Origin: Octopus sinensis | Taxonomy: Eukaryota | Length of the DNA: 64,000 bases | NCBI RefSeq assembly: GCF_006345805.1 | Contig: NC_043006.1 | Coordinates: forward strand, 86,118,001 to 86,182,000 | Direction of reading: 5' to 3' | Shown: positions 36,736-49,636 of the stretch, piece by piece | Layout of the letters: every line of letters begins with the position of its first letter | Position numbering within the stretch: the first letter of the stretch is position 1 | Position numbers and translations under genes: made by a program | Notes under the pieces: model-generated | What the model was told of the DNA's origin: nothing | The model's input: the letters and a program-made list of their open reading frames with translations, nothing else | Databases searched by the model: none

Positions 36736-37104
36736 TAGGATTGTATACAACTGAATCTCATGCTTAAAGATTATATAACAACAGATCATGTTTGAACACA
36801 TTCTTACATCATTATCAATTAACATCTGTCTTCTGGCATAGATTGGTTGGTTTGAAAGGATCTGATAAATGAGAGGACTGTGCTGAGCTCCAGTTTCTCT
36901 GCTTTGGCATGTTTTTCTTTTATGGTTCAATGCCCTTCTTAACACCAACCACTTTACTGAAAGTATTGAGTGCTTTTTTCATGCCACTGGCACAAGTGAA
37001 GTTACCAAGTAACTTGCAAAACAAGACAACAACCTTTGAGCTGAGTGGGGTTGTAATAGAGAGCGAGATGGCTTTATGCCAGGCGTTGAGAGGTTAAAGT
37101 TTGA

Positions 37105-37745
37105 TACGAGCGTCAGCTGAAAAGTTCATAGGCTGACCAAAATTCTCTCATATATAATGTGACCAAATGAGGTTTAATTTTTCAACATAGTCTCCCTTGC
37201 AACGAACACACTTCTTCCATCAGTGTTGCAGTGCTTGGATCCCATTGGTGAAGATGCTTCCATCATGTTGATCAAAAAAGCCATATGACATCATCATGAC
37301 TGTGATACTGGTTACCAGCCAAGTGTTTTTTCATTTTGAGGAACAGATGATAGTAAGATGGGGCCAAATCAGGAGAATCTGGAGGTTGATCAACTAGTTC
37401 AAAGCCATAGCCATGCACGGAAGCCATGGGAACCAGAGAATTGTCTGCTGGTCCATTGTCCTGATGAAACCCCTTTTGTCAATTTTCCTGGGCATTTGAT
37501 CTTCATAGCCTTTCGCAACTGCCTCAGCAAGTTGACATAGTACTCTCTACTGATGGTGAGGCCTTTTTGAAGATAGTCAATAAACACAATGCCATCTGCA
37601 TCCCAAAAAACCGAGGCCATTGCCTTCTCTGAAGATGAAACAACCTCGGCCTTCTTTGGAGCAGGTGAAGAAGGATATTTCCACAGCATGGATTGTTTCT
37701 TTGTCTCTGGCTCAAAGTGATGAACCCAATACTCATGGTTACCCC
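37105..37745 (-). mobile_element. mariner relic, 3' part with TIR
   Basis: TIR tacgagcgtcagctgaaaagttcataggctgac; WVHHFEPETKKQS and ASVFWDADGIVFIDYL motifs. Confidence 0.88.
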
Positions 37746-39229
37746 AGCTAAAAAGAGAGAAAAGAGATGGTAGTGATGAAGCATCAGGGCATACACCCAA
37801 AGTATAAGAATGTGAAAATGAGAGCGGATACAGACAGAGGATTGAAAGTGGTGGGTGAGTAGATAAGTTCGTGAGAGTATGAAAGGAATGTGGTTAGAGA
37901 TGCAGTTCTAAGATCAAGTTCTTACTGTCAGGAACACAATCGAGTATACTATCCTAAAATAAAATTTGCAGTCATTACTCAGTGTAACAGAATTATTTTT
38001 TTTTTGTCTTTGGTCAGTAAAGTGTTATTTTCTATTTGTTTCTATCAAGAAATCAAAGGAAATGACCACTATTCCCTTCAAACTTTGTTTTTGTGACCTG
38101 GACATCAATGTTTTGAAACTGACCCATTTTCCATTGCATTTCAGACAGATTCAGCACTGAGTTGCTGAAGTACAATTTTCTAGTACTTTCTAGAAGTTTC
38201 AAGAATGGCAGTATAAACACATGGATCATAAGCTCAACAGTTCAGTTTACTTCTAGCTGTCCAAGTGGAGACAAGTGTTAGGAAAGCAAAGCTTGAAGGA
38301 AATATCAGCCATTTTTTATGCTTTCTAAGGATAAGCAAATAGGAAATAACAGTCGCTACCCAAGGACAAAAATCATATTACACAGTGTTATCTGTTAGAT
38401 TACAATAAATGTGCTTGCAACTCAATGGAGATCCTTTAGCCATTAAAAACTAAACTAATATGACAGGTTGTTTAAAAGGGAGAATATGATAAATTCATGG
38501 ATATGGTGAGTAGCCCTTTCATTAGTTTATTTTCTTTTACTATTTTACATCAATTCTTTTTTAAATGAGTATGATATATTTATTAGAATAAATTGTTTTC
38601 CCATCTGGATGACAGAGGTCGGAATTCAACTTGCTGTTATTTGTGCAAAATATGGATATCATCATTATCGTTTAGCGTCCGCTTTCCATGCTGGCATGGG
38701 TTGGACGGTGCAACTGGGGTCTGGGAAGCCAGACGGCTGCACCAGACCCAGTCTGATCTGGCAGTGTTTCTACAGCTGGATGCCCTTCCTAACGTCAACC
38801 ACTCCATGAGTGTAGTGGGTGCTTTTTACGTGCCACCAGCACAGGTGCCAGACGAGGCTGGCAAACGGCCACGATCGGATGGTGCTTTTTACGTGCCACT
38901 GGCACAGAATCCAGTCGGATATGACTATATTTCTTTATTTATTGCTTTCACTGTATTGATGTTTTCATAATTATTCTTATATAATTTAATAATTATGCTC
39001 ACATCTAAGGTAGTGAGCTGGTAGAATTGTTAGCACACTGGACAAAATGCTTATTGGCATTTTATCCATCTTTATGTTCTGAGTTCAAATTCTAAGGAGT
39101 TCAACCCTGCCTTTCATCTTTCCAGGGTCAATAAAATAAGTATCATTTCATCACTGGGGTTAATTTAATTGATTTACTCCCTCAAACGAAATTGTTGGCC
39201 TTGTACCAAAATTTGAAACCAATACTTAC

Positions 39230-39610
39230 ACTCATCAAGAAAACACCTTTCCACTCCACTCCCTACATATGAGTCCTCATAGTTACTCCAGATGGTAGGC
39301 CTGGTTATCACCAAAGACCTTTCCTGGAGAAAGCACATCCTTAACATAATTAGGACTACATTCCAATGACTGACCCTTCTCTTCAAGGTCAGACAATAAT
39401 TCAGTACTTAATGATTGCTGACACAATGGAATGTTATTCCAATATTTGGGATAATGCTGCTATTATTGGACACACATGTTCAGGAAAGGATCGCTCAACT
39501 AACTGATATAAAATTACTCACAGACAAGCGCCAGGCTCCTGACCCCACTTTTACCACAATATCCTTAAGCCACAAAGAGAGACTCACTCACATTTTCTCT
39601 CAGACTGATT
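39230..39610 (+). mobile_element. CR1/Jockey-like LINE C-terminal relic
   Basis: VGLVITKDLSWRKHI and TMECYSNIW remnants. Confidence 0.6.
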
Positions 39611-39650
39611 TTTAGAAGACAACCTATTAAAATATAATCAAGGCATAAGA

Positions 39651-40030
39651 GTGGCTATGTGGTAAGTAGCTTGCTTACCAACCACATGGTTCCGGGTTCA
39701 GTCCCACAGCGTGGTACCTTGGGCAAATGTCTTCTACTATAGCCTTGGGCCAACCAAAGCCTTGTGATTTGGTAGACGGAAACTGAAAGAAGCCCATCAC
39801 ATATATATATATATATGTATGTGTGTGTATGTGTTTGTCCCACTAACATCGTTTGACAACTGAAGCTGGTGTGTTTATGTCTCTGTAACTAAGCGGTTTG
39901 GCAAAAGAGACCGATAGAATAAGTACTAGGCGTACAAAGTCCAGAATAAGTCCTGGGGTCGATTTGCTCAACTAAAGGCAGTGCTCCAGCAATGGCCACA
40001 GTCAAATGACTGAAACAAGTAAAAGAGTAC
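39651..40030 (+). mobile_element. Full-length tRNA SINE with internal (TA/TG)n (partial copies near 27310, 30258, 30415, 31290, 41310, 52705, 58010, 61060)
   Basis: Head tggctatgtggtaag...ggttcagtccc, core ccttgggcaaatgtctt, tail ccagcaatggccacagtcaaatgactgaaac. Confidence 0.8.
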
Positions 40031-41246
40031 TTTCTATGACTGACATAGTTTATTTACATAATGATCCAAAACTGAGATTGGTGGCCTGACAATTTTTTTT
40101 GTTTTTCATTACTTGTTGGATTTTGAAGTTCTTCCTCAACTTGTGAGACAGATTGTATTAATGTTCAACTTAAATGTTACAAGTTGACCCCTGTAAGGAA
40201 CAAAGAGGAGATTTCTAGAGAAGGAAGGAAGGAATGGGAATAGTGATTAGTACAGGGTCTGGGGTGTTGGACACAACATGGGTGATGAGAGGTGACAAGA
40301 CAAGTGGATCAGGGATGCCTGAGTGGAGGTAGTACAAAAACTATTAAAGAGCAGAGGTCATTACAGTATTGATAGAAATGGCAATAAGAGGAAAGAAGAT
40401 AGAGATGGTGGGGGTGAGATGACAGAGCAAACTAAAGTTAAATAGTGAGTTCATATATTTATTTTTTCATGCAAAGTAAAGCAAAAGCAGAACTATGTCT
40501 TGCTGACTTGTGTGGTAAAATGGCAATGCTGGACTAATGTAAATGAAGTAATCCAGCATCTTAATCTTAAAGCCAGGATGATTCCTGCAATATCATCAAG
40601 TAATTACATCAACATAATCAAAATCAGATAATTAGTAGTCTTGTTCTAATATTAGAAATTAATTAATGTTCAGGTTGAGATCATTCAAAGAATATTGACA
40701 CAAGGAAAGAAGGAGAAAAAGAGCAAGGGTTTTTCATATAGTGTGTTGTCTATGTTAAAGCTAAGTTTTAAATATACAAATATATATCTTTGATCTTTAT
40801 CTTTTAGCTTTTACTTGTTTCAGCCATTGGCAAGGGGTGCTTGTTTGTTTATGTCCCTGTAACTTAGTAGTATTTCAGCAAAAGAGGCCGATAGAATAAG
40901 TACCAGGCTTAAAAGAAAAAAAAATAAAGACTGGGGTTGATTAGTTCAACTAAACTGTTTGGGGCAGTGTTCTAGCATGACCACAGTCCAACAATTAAAA
41001 CAAAGGGTAACAGATGAAAAATATATAACAATCTTTTACTTCTTTCAATCATTTGACTGTGGCCATGATGGGGCACTACTTTTAACGGTTTTAAAGCCTA
41101 GTACTTATTCTATCCAACTCTTTTGCTGAACCACTAAGTTACAGGAACGTAAACAAACCAACACTGGTTGTCAAGCAGTGGTGGGAAACGAACACAGACC
41201 ACAAAGACATACACGCATAGATATATGTATGTGTGTGTGTATGTAA

Positions 41247-41287
<41 letters not shown>

Positions 41288-41954
41288 CATATATATATAC
41301 ATACATATATGATGAACTTCTTTCAGTTTTCCCTCTACCAAATCCATGCACAAGGCTTTGGTCAGCCTAAGGCTATAGTAGAAGACACTTGCCCAAGGTT
41401 TCACGCAGCTGGACTGAACCTGGAACCATGTGGTTGGGAAGCACAAGCTTCTTACCACACAACCATGCCTGCGGTTACAAATGTTGTGAGAACTATACAA
41501 CTGTATACAGTTAAAGAAACGGATAACGCTCAAGATTTGACCTGTAAGGTGTCCAAAACCAGTGAAACTGATACAGTTAATATTGTACTGAAATCAGTGG
41601 AAGCTGACAGGATATGTGCAGAGGGGGAATTCAAGAGAGCTGATGTACTGGGAGGAAAAGGAAAGGACTTAGCTTTGTGATAAGAGTGGGGCCAGGAGGT
41701 GGTGGTTAAACATAATATGGTGATAAAAGGAGAATCAAGTGGATTAAGGATATATGGATAGTACTGATCTCATGCTGAGCAGAAATAGCTAGGGATCAGT
41801 CAACACTAATTGATAATAGAACTGATAATAGAAAAGGCAGAGAGATTAGCTGGGTTGTTTGTGGGTCAGAGTGGATGTGTTGGTGTATGACTTTATAACA
41901 ATCAGTCAGGTCATGTCTCAGGATATGCTCTCTCTCTCTCTCTCTCTCTCTCTC

Positions 41955-41989
<35 letters not shown>

Positions 41990-42302
41990 ATGCTTGTGTG
42001 TGTAATGTCCCAGATGGGGGAGTTGTATTGCAATGAGTTTTCTGGAGAGTATTTTCTGGCCTTGAATAGAAGAGCCCCATTTTTAAAGATGTTGTCTTTG
42101 CTATGTTAGACCTTTAGCATTTAAGCTGGTTATATCAGGCCCAAATATTCTACATGTTTTATGTTCAACCCAAATTCGGCCTCTCACACTTACCATAAAA
42201 TGTCATACTAAAAATATACTATGACATCATTGAAATCTAGAAACAGCAAGATAGTGCATAATTCAAACCAATTTGAATAAATAGGCATTATGCTTCATTA
42301 TT

Positions 42303-42444
42303 TACATTATTACATTCGACGAATATTTGTCCTCATCTTGTTTGTTGTTAACACAACATTTCAGCTGATATACCCTCCAGCCTTCTTCAGGTGTCTTGGG
42401 AAAATTTCGAACCTGGGTTCTCATTCCTAAGGTATTTTTTTATG

Positions 42445-42476
<32 letters not shown>

Positions 42477-42815
42477 GTTCAGGTCACTGCTTGGAATCGA
42501 ACTCAGAATCTTGGGGTTAGTAGCCCATGCTCCTAACCACTATGCCATATACCCTTGCTCTTTTTTTGCCTTCTTTCCTTGAGTCAATATTCTTTGGCAT
42601 AGTGGTTAAGAGCACCCAAGATTACAAGTTCAATTCCATGCAGTGACTTGAACAATAATAATAATAATAATAACATCGAAAATACCTTAGGTATGAGAAC
42701 CCAGGCTCGAAATTTTCCCAAGACACCTGAAGAAGGCTGGAGGGTATATCAGCTGAAACGTTGTGTTAACAACAAACAAGATGAGGACAAATATCCGTCG
42801 AATGTAAATAATGTA
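42303..42815. mobile_element. Inverted pair of Penelope pseudo-LTR units (tRNA-like head, (TAA)n, hammerhead)
   Basis: 42303-42546 pairs with 42596-42815; same family as 14990-15255. Confidence 0.88.
42722..42767 (+). ncRNA. Minimal type I hammerhead motif (mirror copy 42350-42395, minus)
   Basis: GACAC-CUGAAGA-A-GGCUG(loop)CAGCU-GAAA-CG-UU-GUGUU; palindromic helix III AACGUU; GUU triplet. Confidence 0.7.
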
Positions 42816-43089
42816 CATAATTCCTCATCTCTTAAATATAGAAAAGTATTATGCTTGATAGAATAATCTGAATGTTACAGATGTGTTGTTGTCACAATAT
42901 ATCCTTAGTGATAATGAAACCAGACATTTGAAGGGATTACAAGGGTTCTAGTTGCATGATGTTCATGTTTGGAGTGGTGTGTGTGATTATGTTTTCTTGC
43001 AACATGTGAAGCGTTTTTTTTTACTAATTAAGCAATCAAAATTAACATAACTCCTTAGTAGGATATTTTCAAAATTCATTTTGATGGAA

Positions 43090-43470
43090 TCTCAGTGCAG
43101 GTTAGTTGTGAGGTGTTTAGGTTACATGAGGATGGTGCTTGAGTGTGGCAGGCTAGGAACAGCTGAAGGGTGGAACTATCTGTGTAGGTGTTGTTGGAAG
43201 CGACAACAAGTAGAAGGTTGATGTAGAAGAGGAAGAAAGTGGGGGTTAGGTGGACATAAAAACTAAGCCCTGGAATGCACCAAAAGTGATGTGGGTCAGA
43301 GGGAGCTCCATTAGCACCTTAAATGATGATACAATTTGACTCACTGATCTAAGAAATGAAAGGTAGTCTATGGACTAGTAGTTTTACCATGAGAATTTGC
43401 ATTCCAGACACAGTCAAAATCTTTGCTGATATCGAGGGTAACAATATTTTCACTAAATTTCTCAAGGACG
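43090..43470 (-). mobile_element. CR1/Jockey-like RT relic
   Basis: LDISKDFDCVW and PTFFLFYIN...YTDSSTL remnants of the RT core. Confidence 0.65.
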
Positions 43471-43708
43471 AGAACCCACAGTGATGTTGGGCTCATGAAC
43501 CACTATTTAGGCTCTCAGTCACTGGTTCAAATCATACTAAGGTCAACTTTGTCTTTCATTCCTACAAGGTCAATAACAGTGTAGCTCATACAATCAACTG
43601 CAGCCTCCGCTTCAGACAATTAGTCTAGTAGCTAATTAACCACTATTTAATTGATCTGATGAAATATAAAGCAATTGCTAATTAATGATGTTCAGTGATG
43701 AGTTATTT

Positions 43709-43943
43709 TTTTTTCTTTACTGCCCACAAGGGGCTAAACATAGAGGGGACAAACAAGGACAGACAAAGGGATTAAGTCGATTACATCGACCCCAGTGTGA
43801 AACTGGTACTTTATTTATCGACCCCGAAAGGATGAAAGGCAAAGTTGACCTCGGCGGAATTTGAACTCAGAACGTAACGACAGACGAAATGCCGCTAAGC
43901 ATTTCGCCCGGTGTGTTAACGTTTCTGCCAGCTCGCCGCCTTC
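43709..43943 (-). mobile_element. Young Nin/Deu-like SINE, 17-bp TSD
   Basis: TSD tcagtgatgagttattt at 43692-43708 and 43944-43960. Confidence 0.88.
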
Positions 43944-44460
43944 TCAGTGATGAGTTATTACATCTGTTGATGAAATGGAGTAATAGAGCTATGGCTTTTA
44001 TGCCTTACCTAATAGTATGAGTGATCTTGGAGAAATGAAATACCTACTAACTTCCAAGCTTACTTTTACTGAAGATTACTTCTACTTTAACATGTTTGTC
44101 TCAGGATGAATGTACATAAAACATTGTACAGGGATAGGTTGATAGTAACCAAAGAGCAACTATAACACAGCCAGTAATGTGCAATTAAAAGATGGTCATT
44201 AACATTTGTCTGGTGGAAATTATTGATATTTATCTCTACCTGGAACAAACCATCTCCTTCATAACTGCACCCCAAACTCTGTCAAAGAGTCTTGTCTTGT
44301 AAATTATTTGGTGACCTCAATAGAGTTGGGGCTATGAAAAAAAGTAACCAGTACACTCTGTAAAGTTGTAGAAACTTTGCCAAAGTAGACGCTGAAGCTC
44401 AATGCAATGCTCTGGCTTGTTGGATCCTGTCCAACTGTCCAACCTATGCTAGCATGGGAT

Positions 44461-44769
44461 TATTTTTTTTTTTATGCGTGCTTTTCAAGCCTAGCCAAGC
44501 TCATGGGCCTGGTTTCTGTGGTGAATGTGTTCCTCCCAGCTGGATGGGACGGCAGTCCATCACAGCCTTACTCAAGAAACAGGAAGAGAGAGTGAGAGAC
44601 AGTTGGAGTGAACGAGTACAACAGGGATCGCCACCACTCCCTGCTGGAGCCTCGTGGAGCTTTTAGGTGCTTTCGCTCAATAAACACACACAACACCGGG
44701 TCTGGGAATCGAAACCATGATCCTCCGACCATGAGTCCGCTGCCCTAACCACTGGGCCATTGCGCCTCC
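44461..44769 (-). mobile_element. V-domain-like SINE nested in an RTE tail, 13-bp TSD
   Basis: TSD gctagcatgggat at 44448-44460 and 44770-44782. Confidence 0.88.
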
Positions 44770-45152
44770 GCTAGCATGGGATATGAACGTTAAATTATGA
44801 TGATGACAATTTCATTAAGCTGCTCAATCAAACAGCACCAAGAGTGCAATAGGTATTTCGAATATAGTCTATGGTCTTGGATTATGTCATTAGGAGGGAG
44901 TTACAAGATTTAATATATAGACTGTTGAAATATATTATTTTAACCAACAATTTTTTGACATAAAAGTACCCTGCACATTAGAAGAAATGTTACTTTTGTG
45001 GTATTTAGACAGAGGTTGTATTCAAGGTTTCTAATTACTTGATGTTCTATGGTAAATAATGCATAACAATAATCCTGATTGATTCCTACTATTGGGGCAA
45101 GACCATGACTTTTGGCAGTGAGTGAGTGAGTGAGAGAGAGAGGGGGGGAGAG

Positions 45153-45230
<78 letters not shown>

Positions 45231-45531
45231 AGATGTAGTCAATTTAATAATTGGTGCTTGTTTTATCAAGCTCAGAAGGATAAATGACAGTAATCTGGCA
45301 GAATATATAACCAAAACATCTGGACAGATAAGTTACAAAGTGCATTCCAGAAGTTTAGAGACATTTTTAGGAGAAGCAATTATAACTTTGCTAGATTACT
45401 ATAATTTTAGTATATCATTACTATACATCTAATAAGCTGACCTGCCAACCTCTGTTAGTCAAGATTGAAGAAGATAGCTGTAACAATACTTTGAACACAC
45501 ACCCTACTGAACATTGCTTGTCACAGGTGAC

Positions 45532-46797
45532 TACGAGGGTCGGCTGAAAAGTTTATAGGTTGATCAAGATACTCTCATGAAATGTGACTAAATGAGGTTT
45601 ATTTTTCAACATAATCCTCCTTGCATTCTACACACTTCTTCCATTGGTGTTGCAGTGGTTGGATCCCATTGATGAAGAAGTTTTCATCGTGTTGGTCAAA
45701 AAAGTCATCAATGGCAGACACGAGGTCATCATCTTGTGATACTGCTTTGCAGCCAGGTGTTTTTTCATGTTGGGGAACAGGTGATAATTAAATGGGACCA
45801 AAGTAGGAGAATAGGGAAGGTATTCAACCAATTCAAAGACAAAGTAATGCGCAGCAGCCACTGATACGAAGGACATGTGTGCTGGAGCACTACCCTGATG
45901 AAACAAGACCCTTTCATCAGTTTTCCTGGGCATTTGGTTTTGATAGCTTTTAGTAACTATCTCAGCATAGTACTCTCCATTTATGGTGTGGCCCTTTTGA
46001 AAATAGTCAATAAACACAATGCTGCTTGTATCCAAAAAAAAACAAAAAAACACAGGCCAACACCTTCCCTGTAGATAAAACGATCTTGAACTTCTTTGGA
46101 GCAGGTGAAGAGGTGTGTTTCCACTGCATGGATTGTCTTTTTCTCTATGGTTCCAAGTGATGAATCCAACACAAATCCCAGCTTAGAAAACAATTAAGGA
46201 AACCAGAGTGATCTGCCTCAAACAATGTTAGATTTTCCCCCCTGATGTGACAAGCCTGGTGTGCTTTTGATCAGGTGTCAGAAAACGTAGCACACACTGA
46301 GCAGAAACCTTCATCATATTCCTTTATGCTAATAGCATTGGTCACTTGACTGATAGTCAATTGCCTGTCACCCATCACCATGTGATGAACATGATTAATG
46401 TTTTCCTTGGTGGTGGCAGTTGGAGGACGTCCTGACCTTTGGTTATCTTCGGGACTCTCCCTTCTCCTCCTAAATTCAGTTGTCCACTTTTGCACTGTTG
46501 ATAAAGCTGGAGTGTCATCTCCTAATGCAGTAACATGTCAGCATGAATGTCCTTGGGGGCTAAACCCTTTTTCTGCAGGTACTTGATAACACCATGATGC
46601 CAAATTTTTGTCCATTTTCAAGAGAAGTCACTACTAGTTACCTTTGAAGTCTTCTTTGGACAGTCAGATGTCAGTTTATCTGGAAAGAAACAGTGCAGCT
46701 ATTAATAAGAAGGGTTGAAATTAATGCATACAAGATTTCACAGCTCTAGCATCACTCCTTCATAGCCAGCCTATGAACTTTTCAGCTAACCTCTGTA
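45532..46797 (-). mobile_element. Full-length decayed mariner (about 1.27 kb, both TIRs, TA ends)
   Basis: TIRs at both ends; RSGRPPTAT, IVFIDY, FHQGSAPAH and PYSPTLVPFNY motifs; several frameshifts. Confidence 0.92.
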
Positions 46798-47174
46798 GTT
46801 TGATGAATGCAGCTGGGTAATGAAGACAATTTGGAAGGTCGCTATGCAATAAAGTTTTGTGTGAAACTGGACAGAAAGACTACAGAATCAAGTTTCATTT
46901 TCTCCAACTACCTATAATGATTCAACATTAGTCTATTTGACTGATTAGCCAGGACACTAAACTTTGTTAATCAATAGCTTTTATAAACCAGGTGTTTGAT
47001 TTCACAGCCATACTATATATATATATATACATACATACAACAGTACTTTGGTTTTTGAACAACCCTAACTATGAATAAATCATGCTTTATTTCCTGTCTT
47101 TCTCATATTGATTTAATACAGTAGTACCTCGGTTTTCGAACAACTCTGATCACGAATAAATCGTGCTTTATATA

Positions 47175-48714
47175 TACTTTGGCCTTCCATCCTTTCAAGG
47201 TAGATAAAATGAAGTGCCAATCAAATACAGGGCTTGTAATATACTGGGCCCCAGCCCCTAAAAACTGCTTTGTGCCAAAATTAGAAAGAATTATTATTAT
47301 TACTATTACGGTGATGAATTGGCTGAGTCAATATAGGGTGGACTAAATGCTTAGTGGCATTTCTTCCATTTCCAGCTCCATACATTTGGAGTTCAAATCC
47401 TGCTGATGTCAACTTTGCTTTTGATTCTCCCAGTCAAGGAATGGGGTTTATGTAATCAACTAACCCACCAAAACTGCTGACTTTATGCCAAAATTTGAAA
47501 CAGTTCTTAATATTACTGGTGGACTTGCAGACTTAACAGAGCATCGGGCAAAATGCCTTGAGGTATTTTTTCAGGTTCTATGGAATCTATGTTCAAATCC
47601 TACAAAAGCCAACTTTACCTTTCATCCCTCCGAGGGGTAGGGTTTGATACAATAAATTACCAGCCTAATCTGAGGTCTATGGCCTTGTGCCGAAATTAGA
47701 AAGAATTATTATTATTATTATAATTGAGTGAGAGATCAGTGCATGCCATCAAAGTGGCACTGGGGTAAAATATATGAAGCCCAGTATACCTGTCATGACT
47801 ACCTGTCTGATAAGGGTACACGAGGCGCATGCATCACAACCATATGTGTGCGACATGGTGATCTCATATCAAGATAAACAGCGCATGACCTTGCAGGTGG
47901 GGCCCAGTTAGAATTTTCTTCTGGTCGAGTAACCCATCCTGCTCAAAAGGTCCCTGAATAAGGTTTGTTTAAGGATGATGAACAAAGCACCCATGTTTTC
48001 AAGGGTGAATTATCCAAACCCCAAAGAATTCCTCTCAACACATGGCTATGATGCTCCCCCACTACTTCTGCTCATGATTAGAGATACACATATCATCAGC
48101 CACCAGGGGACATGCTCAACATGGTTAAGGTCAAGCAACTGACAAGCATTATTATTATTATTATTATTATTATATAAGGCAGCAAGCTGGCAGAATTGTT
48201 AGCATGCTAGATGAAATGCTTAGCAGTATTCTGCCTGTTGCTCCATTCTGAGTTGAAATTCTGCCAAGGCCAACTTTGCCTTTCATCCTTTTGAAGTTGA
48301 TAAAATAATTCCCAGTTGAACACTGGGATCGATGTAACTGACTCAGACCCTTCCCCGAAATTTCAGGCCTTGTGCCTATAGTAAAAAGGATTATTATTGT
48401 TATTATTATTACTACTACTACTACTACTACTACTACTAAGGTGGCAAGCTGGCAGAATTGTTAGCATGCTGAGCAATGTAAGTGACTTACTCATTCCTCT
48501 GGCCTTGTGCCAAAATGTGATATTAAAAGCAGCGAGATGATAGAATTATTAGCATGCCAGGCAATATGCTTAGTGGCATTTTGTCTTCCGAGGTTGACTT
48601 TGCCTTTCATCCTTTCGGGGGTCGATAAATACGTACCAGTTGAGTACTGGGGCCAATGTAATCGACTAGTACCCTCCCCAAAAACTTTAGACCTTGTGCC
48701 TTTAGTAGAAAGGA

Positions 48715-48754
<40 letters not shown>

Positions 48755-49030
48755 GGTGGTGAGCTAGCAGAATCATTAGCATGCCAGGCAAATCGCTTAA
48801 CAGCATTTTGTTTGTCATTACATTCTAGTTTCAATTCCTCCAAGGTTGACTTTGCCTTTCATCCTTTCAAGGTTGATAACATTAGTACCAGTTGAGCACT
48901 GGGGTTGACATAACTTCCCCTTCCCCTAAAATTGCTGCCCTGTGCCAAAATTTGAATCCATTATTATTATTAAGGCAGCAAGTTTATAGAATCATTAGCA
49001 TGTCAGACGAAATGCTTAGTGGTATGTCTT
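47175..49030 (+). repeat. Head-to-tail cluster of Nin/Deu-like SINEs with (ATT)n tails; further copies 50165-50850
   Basis: Heads (aaggcagc/ggtg..agctggcagaa) begin directly after (ATT)n/(ACT)n tails near 47310, 47515, 48177, 48438, 48520, 48753, 48971 and 50363. Confidence 0.85.
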
Positions 49031-49365
49031 CCAACGCTTTACATTCTGAGTTCACATCATTATTCATGCAGTTTTTGAGCATTACTAACTTGTGAAGTAA
49101 TGTTGAATAGCTGGTGTTGTATGTAGGATGGATCCAGCTATCAGCTGAGTACATTGTGAGGTTCACTCCCAACATCAGCCTTTAACAAGGTGGTGACAAG
49201 GCTGAAAAGATTGAGGACATGTACTCTCCTCTTTGATCAAGCCCTCATCAACTTTTTTCAAGTTCCACTTGGAAAGGAAAGTGAGAGAGGAGAGGAAAGT
49301 GATTTCCTCCAGTGAATTAGTCCAGAGATGGGTAACTGGCAAAAATGATTAGGCTGAATGGACCT

Positions 49366-49636
49366 TACTCTATGCATGTGCTTGTGGAGTGGAAAACAAC
49401 AGCTGGGTCAGAGGCTTGTGCCCTAGGTGGCCAGGGTGATCCTATATCTGTAGGGTTTCTTGACTGGCCTTAGTCAGAGGCTGTCCTGTACCAAGAGGAC
49501 CTACTCTATGTATGTGCTTGTGGAGTGGAAAACAACAGCTGGGTCAGGGGTTTGTGCCCTAGGTGGCCAGGGTGATCCTATATCTGTAGGGTTTCTTGAC
49601 TGGCTTTAGTCAGAGGCTGTCCTGTACCTAGAAGAC
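49366..49636. repeat. Tandem duplication, 2 x 136 bp
   Basis: tactctatg at 49366 and 49502; units nearly identical. Confidence 0.9.

Larger units (their letters stand above)
34505..40288. repeat. Distant inverted pair of about 180 bp (34505-34688 / 40115-40288)
   Basis: caatctgtctcacaagttgaggaagaacttcaaaa is mirrored exactly; the rest is highly similar. Confidence 0.85.

Noticed and set aside
41168-41680. 170-aa ORF
   Set aside because: It runs through SINE and microsatellite sequence; the distal part may be antisense to a decayed CR1-like endonuclease, too weak to call.
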